Below, piece by piece: positions 55,590-64,000 of a DNA stretch of 64,000 bases (the first letter of the stretch is position 1; each line of letters opens with the position of its first letter). Under the pieces are notes generated by a model, which was given only the letters and a program-made list of their open reading frames with translations, ran no database searches and was not told the origin of the DNA. Location: contig CAZNBY010000001.1 in the NCBI GenBank assembly GCA_964571525.1, forward strand, positions 90,329-154,328, given 5' to 3'. Both the position numbers and the translations under genes were made by a program. Origin of the DNA: an uncultured Planctomycetota bacterium (GTDB lineage: Bacteria > Planctomycetota > B143-G9).

Positions 55590-56996
55590 TCAGAACTTGA
55601 TGTTGGCAAGGAAGTTATCAACCTCGGGTATGCCGCCCTGGAAGACAAGGTAACCATTTGAAGGCTCGCCCTCGGTGATATCGTGGCAGATGGGGTTCAA
55701 CATGATCTTCTTAACTTCCTCGCGGTCCTCTGTCTGGCCAAGTGCCCAGCCGAGCTTCATATAGGCCGTCTCGGGCAGCATGTTCGCGCACTGCACAACG
55801 CCCAGCTCAAGAAGGTCGCGCCCCGTATCGTACACAAACATCTGCACAAAGCCCCACAGCGTCTGCACGGTCATATAAATATGCATGCCAGAGTCAACGG
55901 CGCGCTTAAGCGCGGGATTGAGCTTACGGTTCACATGCCCAAGACCCGTGCCAGCTATGATAAGTCCCTTGTAACCGTTGTCGCGCAACGAGTCAACAAG
56001 GTCGGGGTCCATGTTCGGGTAATAATATAGTATCGAGACGCGGTCGTTAAAGGTCGGCATGAGCTTCATCTTGCGGCTCTTGTCGCGCCTCTTGTAGTCG
56101 TTCTGTATTGGCTTTATCCAGTTAGGCGACACCATGCCCAGCGGCGTATCACCAATCGTGCGGAATGTAGAACGGTATGACGAGTGCATCTTGCGCACCC
56201 TTGTGCCCCTGTGCAAAAGGTCGTACTGGTCGCTTGTCGGGCCGAACATGCAAACCATCACCTCGGCAAAATCGCTCAATGCGGCGGTGCGAACAGCGTT
56301 GACCAGATTTATCGCCGCGTCGGAAGAGGGTCTGTCGCTCGACCTCTGCGAGCCCACCAACACCACCGGTACGGGCAGGTCTTGGCACATATATGTCAGA
56401 ATCGAGGCCGAATAGTGCATTGTGTCAGTCCCGTGGCCGATCACAATACCATCAACATCGTTCTGTTCTATTTCGTTGTAGATCTCTTGCGCGATGACCT
56501 TCCACTGCACCGAAGACATATCTTCAGAGAATATGCCGAAGATTTTACGCGTTCTCAAATTGCATATATCGGCAAGCTCTGGCACAGCGCTGTAAAGCTC
56601 ACCGGGTGAGAATGCCGGTATAACGGCACCGGTGCGATAGTCAAGGCGCGATGCGATAGTTCCGCCTGTGCCGAGCATGACAACATTGGGGCGGTTTGGC
56701 GAGTATGGGAACTCTTTTTCTGGTATCTTGTACTTGCCCTCTTTGAAGCCAGTTTCGCGAATATCAATTATGCTATTGACGGCGACACCGGTGTTGTAGC
56801 CCGTCGGCAGCTTCAACACAAGGTAACCATCTGGCGATTGCTCGGCGCGGGGCAAAATGATACCGACAAAGGTGCCTTGCATAGCGCGCACAACAACATC
56901 GCTCCAGACCTTAACGCCGAAGCGCTTCATGCACTCTATCGAGTCGCCTTTGTAACCTTTGTACAGCTCTTTTTCAGCTTGAGTTATCGTTGTCAC
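55590..56996 (-). CDS. L-asparaginase-fold protein with GatD-like N-terminal domain (Glu-tRNA(Gln) amidotransferase subunit D-like)
   Basis: Asparaginase motifs TGGTIAS and HGTDTM; about 100-aa N-terminal extension (GYLVLKLPTGYNTGV) resembling archaeal GatD; start set at GTG 56996 with GGAGA RBS. Confidence 0.6.
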   Translation of the reverse strand: MTTITQAEKELYKGYKGDSIECMKRFGVKVWSDVVVRAMQGTFVGIILPRAEQSPDGYLVLKLPTGYNTGVAVNSIIDIRETGFKEGKYKIPEKEFPYSPNRPNVVMLGTGGTIASRLDYRTGAVIPAFSPGELYSAVPELADICNLRTRKIFGIFSEDMSSVQWKVIAQEIYNEIEQNDVDGIVIGHGTDTMHYSASILTYMCQDLPVPVVLVGSQRSSDRPSSDAAINLVNAVRTAALSDFAEVMVCMFGPTSDQYDLLHRGTRVRKMHSSYRSTFRTIGDTPLGMVSPNWIKPIQNDYKRRDKSRKMKLMPTFNDRVSILYYYPNMDPDLVDSLRDNGYKGLIIAGTGLGHVNRKLNPALKRAVDSGMHIYMTVQTLWGFVQMFVYDTGRDLLELGVVQCANMLPETAYMKLGWALGQTEDREEVKKIMLNPICHDITEGEPSNGYLVFQGGIPEVDNFLANIKF

Positions 56997-57191
56997 GACA
57001 TCTCCACTGTTGGGTGATGAACGGGGGCAAACCGCCATTCTACCGGCCGTTAGGGCGCGCGCAACTAAAAGCGGGGGCGGGGAAAGGGGGGAAGTGCAGC
57101 TTCCTTTGTTGACAATATAAAATCAACGCTAAAATACATTCATCAGCATGATTTCGCGTCGAAGGCTTTCTCGCACTACAGTTACGCTATA

Positions 57192-57222
57192 CCTAAGACT
57201 GTATTTTTACACTAGTCTTAGG
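57192..57222. repeat. Perfect 9-bp inverted repeat (CCTAAGACT-N13-AGTCTTAGG) 30 bp upstream of the DUF262 gene
   Basis: Read directly; lies in the 5' leader/promoter region of the 57254 CDS. Confidence 0.6.
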
Positions 57223-57253
57223 AATAATCTCTTACCCAAAACCGGAGATTCCA

Positions 57254-59212
57254 ATGCAGGCCAAAGAGACTAAGCTACAAGACATGATCGAAGGTACTAA
57301 GCAATATGTGGTTCCTCTTTTCCAAAGAACATACAGTTGGTCAGAAACACATTGGGAAACCCTTTGGAAAGACATCTGCGATATCTATGAGTCTGATTCG
57401 AGAAAGAGCCACTTCATTGGTTCTATCGTAAGTATGCAGACTACATCTGTACCGCAAGGTGTATCAAAGTTCCTTCTAATCGACGGGCAGCAGCGGCTAA
57501 CCACAATTTTTATCATCCTTACTCTCCTGCGGGACAAAGCGAATTCAAACAATAATACTGTATTTGCTGAAGAAATAGCAAACACATTGCTTGTTAACCC
57601 ATACAAAAAAGACTACGACTATTTCAAGCTCTTGCCTACACAACACGACCGAGACAATTATAAAGATCTTATTAATGGAACACTGTCAACCTCTAACAAC
57701 CGCATTTCTCGTGCATACCGCTATTTTGATAATAAATTAAAACAAACTGATTTTGACATTGAAAAGCTAAAATCAATTATTTCAAGTGACCTTTCTGTTG
57801 TCAGTATAACTCTCGACGCTGATGATAACCCATATCTTGTTTTTGAAAGCCTAAACGCAAAGGGAAGTCCTCTTACGCAGGCAGACCTGATCAGAAACTA
57901 CTTGTTCATGCGGATTCATGTTAATGACCAAAACGCAATTTTTGATAAATATTGGCATCCCATGCAAACAGCATTAGACGATAAACTCACAGAGTTCATT
58001 CGCCACTATTTAATGGATAAGGGAAGCGTTATTCGTCAATCTGATGTATATTTTACCATTAAGGAGGCGGTATCTGCTGACAATGTTATTGATTACATGA
58101 AGCAAATGCATATATATTCACAATATTATAGTCGCCTGCTTAATCCTGACGAGGAACCTGAATCGTCCATAAGAAAATATCTTAAGCGTTTGAATATAAT
58201 CGAGGTGACAACAGCATATCCATTTCTGCTTAGGATGTATAATTATTATGGATGCGGAACAATCAGTAGAAGTGATTTCGTCCAAATATTATCTACCACG
58301 GAGAACTATTTAATCAGGCGTCTAATTTGCCATGTCCCAACAAATCAGCTTAGTCGTATTTTCGCTTCTTTATACCCACAGATTAAAGGCATCGCTGGCC
58401 CTAATATACCAAAAGAATATGAGAGTCTTCTTGTAATGAAGCAATATCCACGAGACTCTGAGTTTCGCGCAAAATTTAAGGAATATAGATTTTACGCTGC
58501 TGGTGAGCGGGCGGCAAGGGCGAAATTGGTACTTGAATCAATAGAGAACAGCTTTGGGCATAAGGAACACATTGATTACAATAATGTTTCTATTGAGCAT
58601 ATCATGCCTCAGGTATTGACATCTGAATGGCGGAAGGACCTTGGTGATGAAGCACAAGATATACACAGCCTTTTGCTTCATACTATCGGCAACTTGACGC
58701 TCACAGCATATAATTCGAATCTATCAAATAGCGAGTATCCATCCAAGAAGAAGGTATATCTGCAGAGTCATCTTGAAATTAATAAGTACTTCGATGGTGT
58801 TGATGTTTGGAATAAGGAGAGCATCGAAAAGCGAGCTGATGTGCTGGCCGGAATCGCAATGAGAATCTGGCCATATTTTGGAGTTGAATTTTCTGAACAG
58901 AGTGTTACAAACACAAAACCGAAATCTGTTCGAATATTAGGTCAAATATTTGATGTCGACTCATGGCGAGATGTGCTTGAATGCACGATGAACACCGTTG
59001 CGGAGCTTGAGCCTGCGAAATTTAACCGGATAATCAGTAGCTACCCCCGATATTTTAGCAAGCATCAGGACAAGTTGAGATGCGTGCGGAAGTTAAGAAA
59101 TAACCTGTTCTTAGAGGTTAACCTGTCCGCGAACGACATTCAAAGATTATGCCATCAGGCGATTCAGAGCATCGAACTCACTAGCGACGAGTGGTCCGTC
59201 GATTATGAATGA
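57254..59212 (+). CDS. DUF262 (ParB-like NTPase) + DUF1524 (HNH/His-Me finger) protein, GmrSD-like type IV restriction candidate
   Basis: N-terminal DGQQRLTT motif; C-terminal IEHIMPQ ... GNLTLTAYNSN nuclease-like motifs; gene is conspicuously AT-rich compared with flanks. Confidence 0.7.
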   Translation: MQAKETKLQDMIEGTKQYVVPLFQRTYSWSETHWETLWKDICDIYESDSRKSHFIGSIVSMQTTSVPQGVSKFLLIDGQQRLTTIFIILTLLRDKANSNNNTVFAEEIANTLLVNPYKKDYDYFKLLPTQHDRDNYKDLINGTLSTSNNRISRAYRYFDNKLKQTDFDIEKLKSIISSDLSVVSITLDADDNPYLVFESLNAKGSPLTQADLIRNYLFMRIHVNDQNAIFDKYWHPMQTALDDKLTEFIRHYLMDKGSVIRQSDVYFTIKEAVSADNVIDYMKQMHIYSQYYSRLLNPDEEPESSIRKYLKRLNIIEVTTAYPFLLRMYNYYGCGTISRSDFVQILSTTENYLIRRLICHVPTNQLSRIFASLYPQIKGIAGPNIPKEYESLLVMKQYPRDSEFRAKFKEYRFYAAGERAARAKLVLESIENSFGHKEHIDYNNVSIEHIMPQVLTSEWRKDLGDEAQDIHSLLLHTIGNLTLTAYNSNLSNSEYPSKKKVYLQSHLEINKYFDGVDVWNKESIEKRADVLAGIAMRIWPYFGVEFSEQSVTNTKPKSVRILGQIFDVDSWRDVLECTMNTVAELEPAKFNRIISSYPRYFSKHQDKLRCVRKLRNNLFLEVNLSANDIQRLCHQAIQSIELTSDEWSVDYE

Positions 59213-59378
59213 GCAACATGTTCTACGGCACAATGAGGCGGGAGGACTACAACCGGATCATCGAAGGCCAGTCTTAGTACTCTGTCAGAGTCTTTTGTCT
59301 ATGAGGCTCTGCGAGGCATTTACTCGCATCAGCATCAATGCGAGGTCCAATCGCCTGAATATGCGAAATGTACTGCCA

Positions 59379-60119
59379 CTACAACAGAGCACAGCATACT
59401 CCTGTCGGCATTTCATCCCAAGTTTGCCCTTCCAATAAACGCCCAGCCTTCTTTTTGTGAACCCCTCCCCATTGTTTGAAGAAGAACGGGACATTTGCAG
59501 CGACACACTGATCGCGTATATCCAATACCCACTTCTCTGACATTGGCCTTGCGCCTGGGCCAGATTCACCGCCAACTATCACCCAATCAATGCCTTCAAG
59601 GTTCAGGTTCGGTATCGGCCCGAGAAGGGGCTCTAAGGACAGGAATTTTAAAAACGCCCCTGTATTGCGAAGGTCGTCAATACGGTGTATGTAGTCTGCT
59701 GTTTCAACGCTCGTTCCCATCCAGATGTTGCTGGCCCAAGTCAGGGATTGGCTTAATTCGAGCGTTCTTTCCGGCCGCTTTGTCAGGATCTGAAATTGAT
59801 GCCAGTGTGCCCGGTTCATTACATCGAAGGCTCGTTCGATAAACCATACCGGCACATCTGCGTGAAACAGGTCGCTCATAGAATTGACAAAGATAACCTG
59901 AGGGGTTTTCCAATGCAAAGGTAATTCGAGTGTGCGTTCGTGTATTGTAAGACGAAAGCCATTTACATAATTAGCCTGCCCCATGGCTTGCAGTCGCTTG
60001 GCCATGCGCTCGGCGTAGCAGTGTTTGCAACCTGGGCTGACTTTTGTGCAGCCGGTTACAGGATTCCAAGTGGATTCAGTCCACTCGATTGAGGACTTAG
60101 TGCCCATGGTTCTCCCCAT
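59379..60119 (-). CDS. Phage Gp37/Gp68 family (DUF5131) three-Cys-motif protein
   Basis: N-terminal [27 protein letters not shown] signature. Confidence 0.55.
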   Translation of the reverse strand: MGRTMGTKSSIEWTESTWNPVTGCTKVSPGCKHCYAERMAKRLQAMGQANYVNGFRLTIHERTLELPLHWKTPQVIFVNSMSDLFHADVPVWFIERAFDVMNRAHWHQFQILTKRPERTLELSQSLTWASNIWMGTSVETADYIHRIDDLRNTGAFLKFLSLEPLLGPIPNLNLEGIDWVIVGGESGPGARPMSEKWVLDIRDQCVAANVPFFFKQWGGVHKKKAGRLLEGQTWDEMPTGVCCALL

Positions 60120-60336
60120 GCCTTGCTCTGAGCGACCTCAAAAAGTGACAACCAAATACATTTTACACATTGGCTTTTGTGTTATCAACAAGCCCGATGA
60201 AAATGCCAACCTATCTTCCGAACGGCCTATATTGGGCGTTCGTGCAGGTGGAATGATTCTCATTCTGCTACTGTGTGGGCATATTACTCCGAGGGAACAA
60301 ACCCCTTTGGCACAGTAAATTACCAAGTTCTGACAT

Positions 60337-62319
60337 TCACTCTTTGTCGGCATTAACTAATGCACCAATCTCTTCCATGCATCGCTCAGCAGTCTTTAGA
60401 GCACTGGCAACTATGCGTTGATGCTCAGCGATATCGGCTTTCAGTTCCGGCGAGTCTTCCTCTTCTTTCTTTATTCGGTTAACCCATTGAGCGTACTTAC
60501 TGTATGACTCTGGATACTCATCGGCAATCTGATCTATGCGTGCTTCGGAAATCGCTTTAAGTGCTTTATATTCTGCGCTTTGCGAGTACTCGTATAGGTT
60601 CCAAGGGTAGTTACCATTCATGACAAGGACTTTTTTGTACCAAGCAGATATACTGTTGTGCAGTATCATCGGTTCAACTTCAATTACTTTCGCGTCCTCT
60701 GCTGGTTCGATGCACAGAATCCCAACTGGGAACCGAGCCCCTTTATCCCTAACTCCTGAATATATTAGAACCGAGTAGAGTTTCGCCACACACTTATCGA
60801 ATCTATAGAATATCGCGGGAGAGAAATACCGTTGAACGGCCTCAGCATGAGTAGCGAAAAGCGTTACCCCGTTCGTTCCCCGCAGAAACCTGTGAACTTT
60901 ATCACCCGAATACTTTTGAAAGCCGTCGGTTGTGAAGTCGTATGATGTTTCATGCCCGATTTTTACTTGTTCACGCTTCCAATCAAACTGGAGCATACCG
61001 TACTTTCGGTTTATCCATTTGAAGGCGTCAAGATCTCCAAGTAGCGAAGGATGGCAACTCACATCCTTCTGCAGGCAGTCGTAGTTTCCCCTCGATAGGG
61101 AGTTTGTCGCTCCAATTATCGAAAATGCCATGGGATATACATGGTCAGACTCAATGCGAGTGTCTTGCTTACCAATAGGTGTGAAGTCTCCAAGAAAAAG
61201 ACCCTCAGGAGCCTCATACTCCTCAAGCAGCTTCAGCCCAAAATCCATATTGCTGTATTTCTGCAGACATCTCTGCGTGTACATTTGCTTAATGAACAAG
61301 TCAGAGAACATGGCCTCGATCTTTGCGGGCGCAATTCCACACAGTTTCCCACCTATATTATAGAAGCACGAGAAGTATTTGCTCAGCGCTTTAAACGCTA
61401 CCGGCGTCGTGGAGTATCTGTTGTATAGGAGCACGCCGATTACCTGCATCTTGATCTCAGCGGTAAGGTTATCGAAGTCCACTGTGAAAACATGCCTTTC
61501 CTCTTCAATTTCAGCAATAAAATCCCTGCTGATAAAGTCGTTTAGAAACTTTGCCAGAAGAAAGTTATCCCCTGCAAAAGCCTCGACCGGTGGCTCAACA
61601 GGAAACACCTCTTTGAAGGCAACATGCTCGCATAGCCAAAGTGAGTGCGCGATTATTGCAGGGATTCCGACCGCCTGACCGAGTGATGCTTCCCAAGCCG
61701 AAAGCCTTTTTGAAAGTGAAGTCTCGGTCTCAGGCAAGTGAGAGGTTATCTTTCGCAGTTCATCATCGAAATCGAGTTTTGCATACGGATTATCTGTGAG
61801 TAGATAATACTCACACGCCAGAGGCAACCAATAGTCTTGGTCTAAATGCCCATCATTGCATATTTCATAACTGAGTAAGTTTCTCACAAACGAGCCGCGG
61901 CTCTTCAGATGAAACAGCAGAGTTTGTCTTCTTTCACCCTCCACTGCATCAATAGCGCTAAGCAGACATAAGTCGTAGCAGAATCGAAGCCAATGCATTT
62001 TTACAGGTGGGAAGACGATCCTGCCGGGAACATTCAAGACCCCGCCATCCATATCTCGTATTGGATAGTGGCCACTGCTTATCAATTGTTCGCCAATAGA
62101 AGCGAATCGTACATGCAGGACATGGGGAGACATCTCCCTCATTTCATCAAGCGTCGCAATAGACATCTCGGCTTTCATTGCCTTGATTAGTTTCGCGACC
62201 TGTTCAATTGAAGGTCTGTCGGTAAGCGACTCGAATACAGCCAATGCACTATCCTCGGCATGCGTGTTTGACAATGCCAGTACGACACAAATGAAGGATG
62301 CAAGTACGACCCGCTTCAT
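60337..62319 (-). CDS. Secreted hypothetical protein (660 aa), paralog of the next gene
   Basis: Signal peptide MKRVVLASFICVVLALSNTHA; shares block FSPAIFYRFDK with the 62710-64000 CDS (FRPAVYYKYER). Confidence 0.45.
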   Translation of the reverse strand: MKRVVLASFICVVLALSNTHAEDSALAVFESLTDRPSIEQVAKLIKAMKAEMSIATLDEMREMSPHVLHVRFASIGEQLISSGHYPIRDMDGGVLNVPGRIVFPPVKMHWLRFCYDLCLLSAIDAVEGERRQTLLFHLKSRGSFVRNLLSYEICNDGHLDQDYWLPLACEYYLLTDNPYAKLDFDDELRKITSHLPETETSLSKRLSAWEASLGQAVGIPAIIAHSLWLCEHVAFKEVFPVEPPVEAFAGDNFLLAKFLNDFISRDFIAEIEEERHVFTVDFDNLTAEIKMQVIGVLLYNRYSTTPVAFKALSKYFSCFYNIGGKLCGIAPAKIEAMFSDLFIKQMYTQRCLQKYSNMDFGLKLLEEYEAPEGLFLGDFTPIGKQDTRIESDHVYPMAFSIIGATNSLSRGNYDCLQKDVSCHPSLLGDLDAFKWINRKYGMLQFDWKREQVKIGHETSYDFTTDGFQKYSGDKVHRFLRGTNGVTLFATHAEAVQRYFSPAIFYRFDKCVAKLYSVLIYSGVRDKGARFPVGILCIEPAEDAKVIEVEPMILHNSISAWYKKVLVMNGNYPWNLYEYSQSAEYKALKAISEARIDQIADEYPESYSKYAQWVNRIKKEEEDSPELKADIAEHQRIVASALKTAERCMEEIGALVNADKE

Positions 62320-62709
62320 GCTTGAACTCCAGAAAAGGCTATGGATTTTGATAAGTCACACTCGAAGTATCCCTTGAATACCCATATGAGTCAGAGACAG
62401 TACCGGCACAATTGACCGTAAACTGATCCCACCAATTTTACACCACGATTTCACGGTTATCAACAGGTTCTAATAAGCAAATCCATCTCACAACTTACTC
62501 AAACTGGCGCAGTTTCACGGCTTGGTTACATGTTAGCGTAAGAATAGATAAAGCCGCACCCCCCAGAATGCTCATATAGATTGATATGTTACCACGCCCT
62601 TACTTGCTGCGGTTTACAAGAAACCTGTTTGCAGCAGGCATAAGTTTATATGCCTTTCTTAGAATACACCTCCCTCGCAGGTTTCCGCCAATCGTGGCTT
62701 CAATCCTCC

Positions 62710-64000
62710 CTACCGCAACTCCTCAAGGTGGTACTTGTCGTAAAGCTTCTGCCATGCTTCGCGAAGCTTGCCGCCGGTTGTGTCGGTGTTTTCAAGGTTT
62801 ATTGCTTCTGCTCTATCGAAAATAGGCTTGTTGGCCTCGGCCTCTCTAAACTCCTTCGCGCTCCAAAGCATGTCTCTTCCGTTGGGGATGCCAGCACGGC
62901 AATACCACGCATTTAACCTGTAATATATCAGCCCGGCCTTAACCTCGCTTGCAGGTTCGTCACCCAACGGTGTAATCTCCACAACACAAGCGGCGTTGTC
63001 ATGCCAGCACAGGCTGGTGACCGAATAGTAGTCTGAAAGCACATAGATGCGCCACTTAGTACGCTCGTATTTATAATATACCGCTGGCCTAAAATACTGC
63101 TTGAATAACAGGTTGCCACCCATCTTATCGAGGTTGGATATGCCATTTAGAAACCGTTCGGCCCATCCGTCTGCTATCATCTCGCCAAGCGCTTCGGGAA
63201 AGACGGGCATCGCTTTGAACGCACTGCCCACAGTGCGTGTTCCTATGCATCTTGGCGGTTCATTCTCCTCGAAGTATTTTTGCGACCATTCGTAATGATC
63301 GAGGTCAAACAGCAGGGTCTCCAATGAAATGGTCTTTGTCTCAAGTCGGCTGCCCTTAAAATCGCCGCGAATATAGAAATATTGTGGGTGCACGAAGTCC
63401 CTTTCGATCTTGGGCACCATGTTTGGATCGTACTCGACTCCGCCACAAAACCACGCCGGACCCGATTCGCCTTCCTCCACAAGCCTAAGCTTATGTGATA
63501 CAGGCAGTTGTTTCGGCTTATAAAGGTAATCTAAAACCTTGTTCATAACAACCCTTGACGCTTGCATAGCTTCTGGCAACAACAGGTGTTCACGAACTGG
63601 CGAATAAAGGCCATTGCACAACATATTAGTCAGATCAGTGTTCATGCTTGACATGTTTTCCCAAATCTCATTGTCATCCATACGGGTGTAGAGCAGGTAG
63701 GATACGAGGAAGTACGCGCTTCGATTGTAACTTGACAGAACGCCTGTATTGGAGAATTGCTCAAGGATTTCATAGAAGACTTCTTTCTTTCCGTAATTGT
63801 CAACAAATGCCTTCAATGGTTGATTGAACGATGGTGGAAGCGCTTTTTCATCCAGATCTGTCACATCCTCAGGCGTGATGTTCACGAAGAACCATGACAT
63901 CAACGCGATATTCATGAAAATGTTGTTTGTGTTGTCGAAGTATAGCTTCTGCCATACTTCAAGTTGATTAGCCTTGTCACCTGTAATGTTCAGTGCATCG
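62710..64000 (-). CDS. Hypothetical protein, paralog of 60337-62319; 5' end runs off right window edge (partial)
   Basis: Track ORF starts at Met 63915, but hand translation shows the frame stays open upstream to position 64000. Confidence 0.45.
   Translation of the reverse strand, partial: DALNITGDKANQLEVWQKLYFDNTNNIFMNIALMSWFFVNITPEDVTDLDEKALPPSFNQPLKAFVDNYGKKEVFYEILEQFSNTGVLSSYNRSAYFLVSYLLYTRMDDNEIWENMSSMNTDLTNMLCNGLYSPVREHLLLPEAMQASRVVMNKVLDYLYKPKQLPVSHKLRLVEEGESGPAWFCGGVEYDPNMVPKIERDFVHPQYFYIRGDFKGSRLETKTISLETLLFDLDHYEWSQKYFEENEPPRCIGTRTVGSAFKAMPVFPEALGEMIADGWAERFLNGISNLDKMGGNLLFKQYFRPAVYYKYERTKWRIYVLSDYYSVTSLCWHDNAACVVEITPLGDEPASEVKAGLIYYRLNAWYCRAGIPNGRDMLWSAKEFREAEANKPIFDRAEAINLENTDTTGGKLREAWQKLYDKYHLEELR

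Noticed and set aside
62640-62665. AGGCATA-N6-TATGCCT hairpin in the 390-bp intergenic region
   Set aside because: No upstream plus-strand gene to terminate, and on the minus strand it is not followed by a U-run; likely incidental.
1-64000. CRISPR arrays, tRNA/rRNA genes, IS elements, integrases
   Set aside because: No regularly spaced direct repeats seen, the few intergenic regions over 150 bp show no obvious cloverleaf or rRNA signatures, and no transposase/integrase-like ORFs; absence is by eye only and should be confirmed with tRNAscan-SE/Infernal/ISfinder.

Overview
64 kb window, roughly 50-55% GC by eye, densely coding, with no rRNA, tRNA, CRISPR array, transposase or integrase recognised. 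All calls come from reading the six-frame translations and the DNA by eye; no database search or folding was run, so family names are motif-based assignments. Content is mostly chromosomal housekeeping and cell-envelope genes: parA/parB with a near-consensus parS palindrome sitting on the parA promoter, galE, kdsD/kpsF-like, gmhA, a sigma-54 (NtrC-type) activator, HIT hydrolase, cyclophilin, acylphosphatase, a TPP-dependent E1 alpha subunit, plus many secreted or membrane proteins (giant 1448-aa lectin-fold protein, alginate-export-type porin, BatA-like vWA protein, DUF58, FGE-sulfatase-domain protein, HEAT/TPR repeat proteins). Domain repertoire (MJ0042-type zinc ribbons, DUF4159, BatA, giant secreted proteins) suggests an uncultured PVC-like or related lineage, but taxonomy cannot be fixed from this window. 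Best candidates for an undescribed system: (1) 34.2-39.8 kb, a co-oriented trio of membrane-anchored HtrA/DegP-like paralogs in which only the first gene keeps the His/Asp/Ser triad and the two downstream copies have all three residues replaced; (2) 45.2-51.2 kb, a same-strand run of an atypical receiver + DUF4388-like + disordered-linker protein, a zinc-ribbon/roadblock-like protein, a polytopic membrane protein and a RhuM-family gene; (3) 57.2-60.1 kb, an AT-rich single-gene DUF262/DUF1524 (GmrSD-like) restriction candidate with an upstream inverted repeat, next to a Gp37/Gp68 three-Cys gene. ORFs running off either window edge are absent from the supplied track and were recovered by hand.
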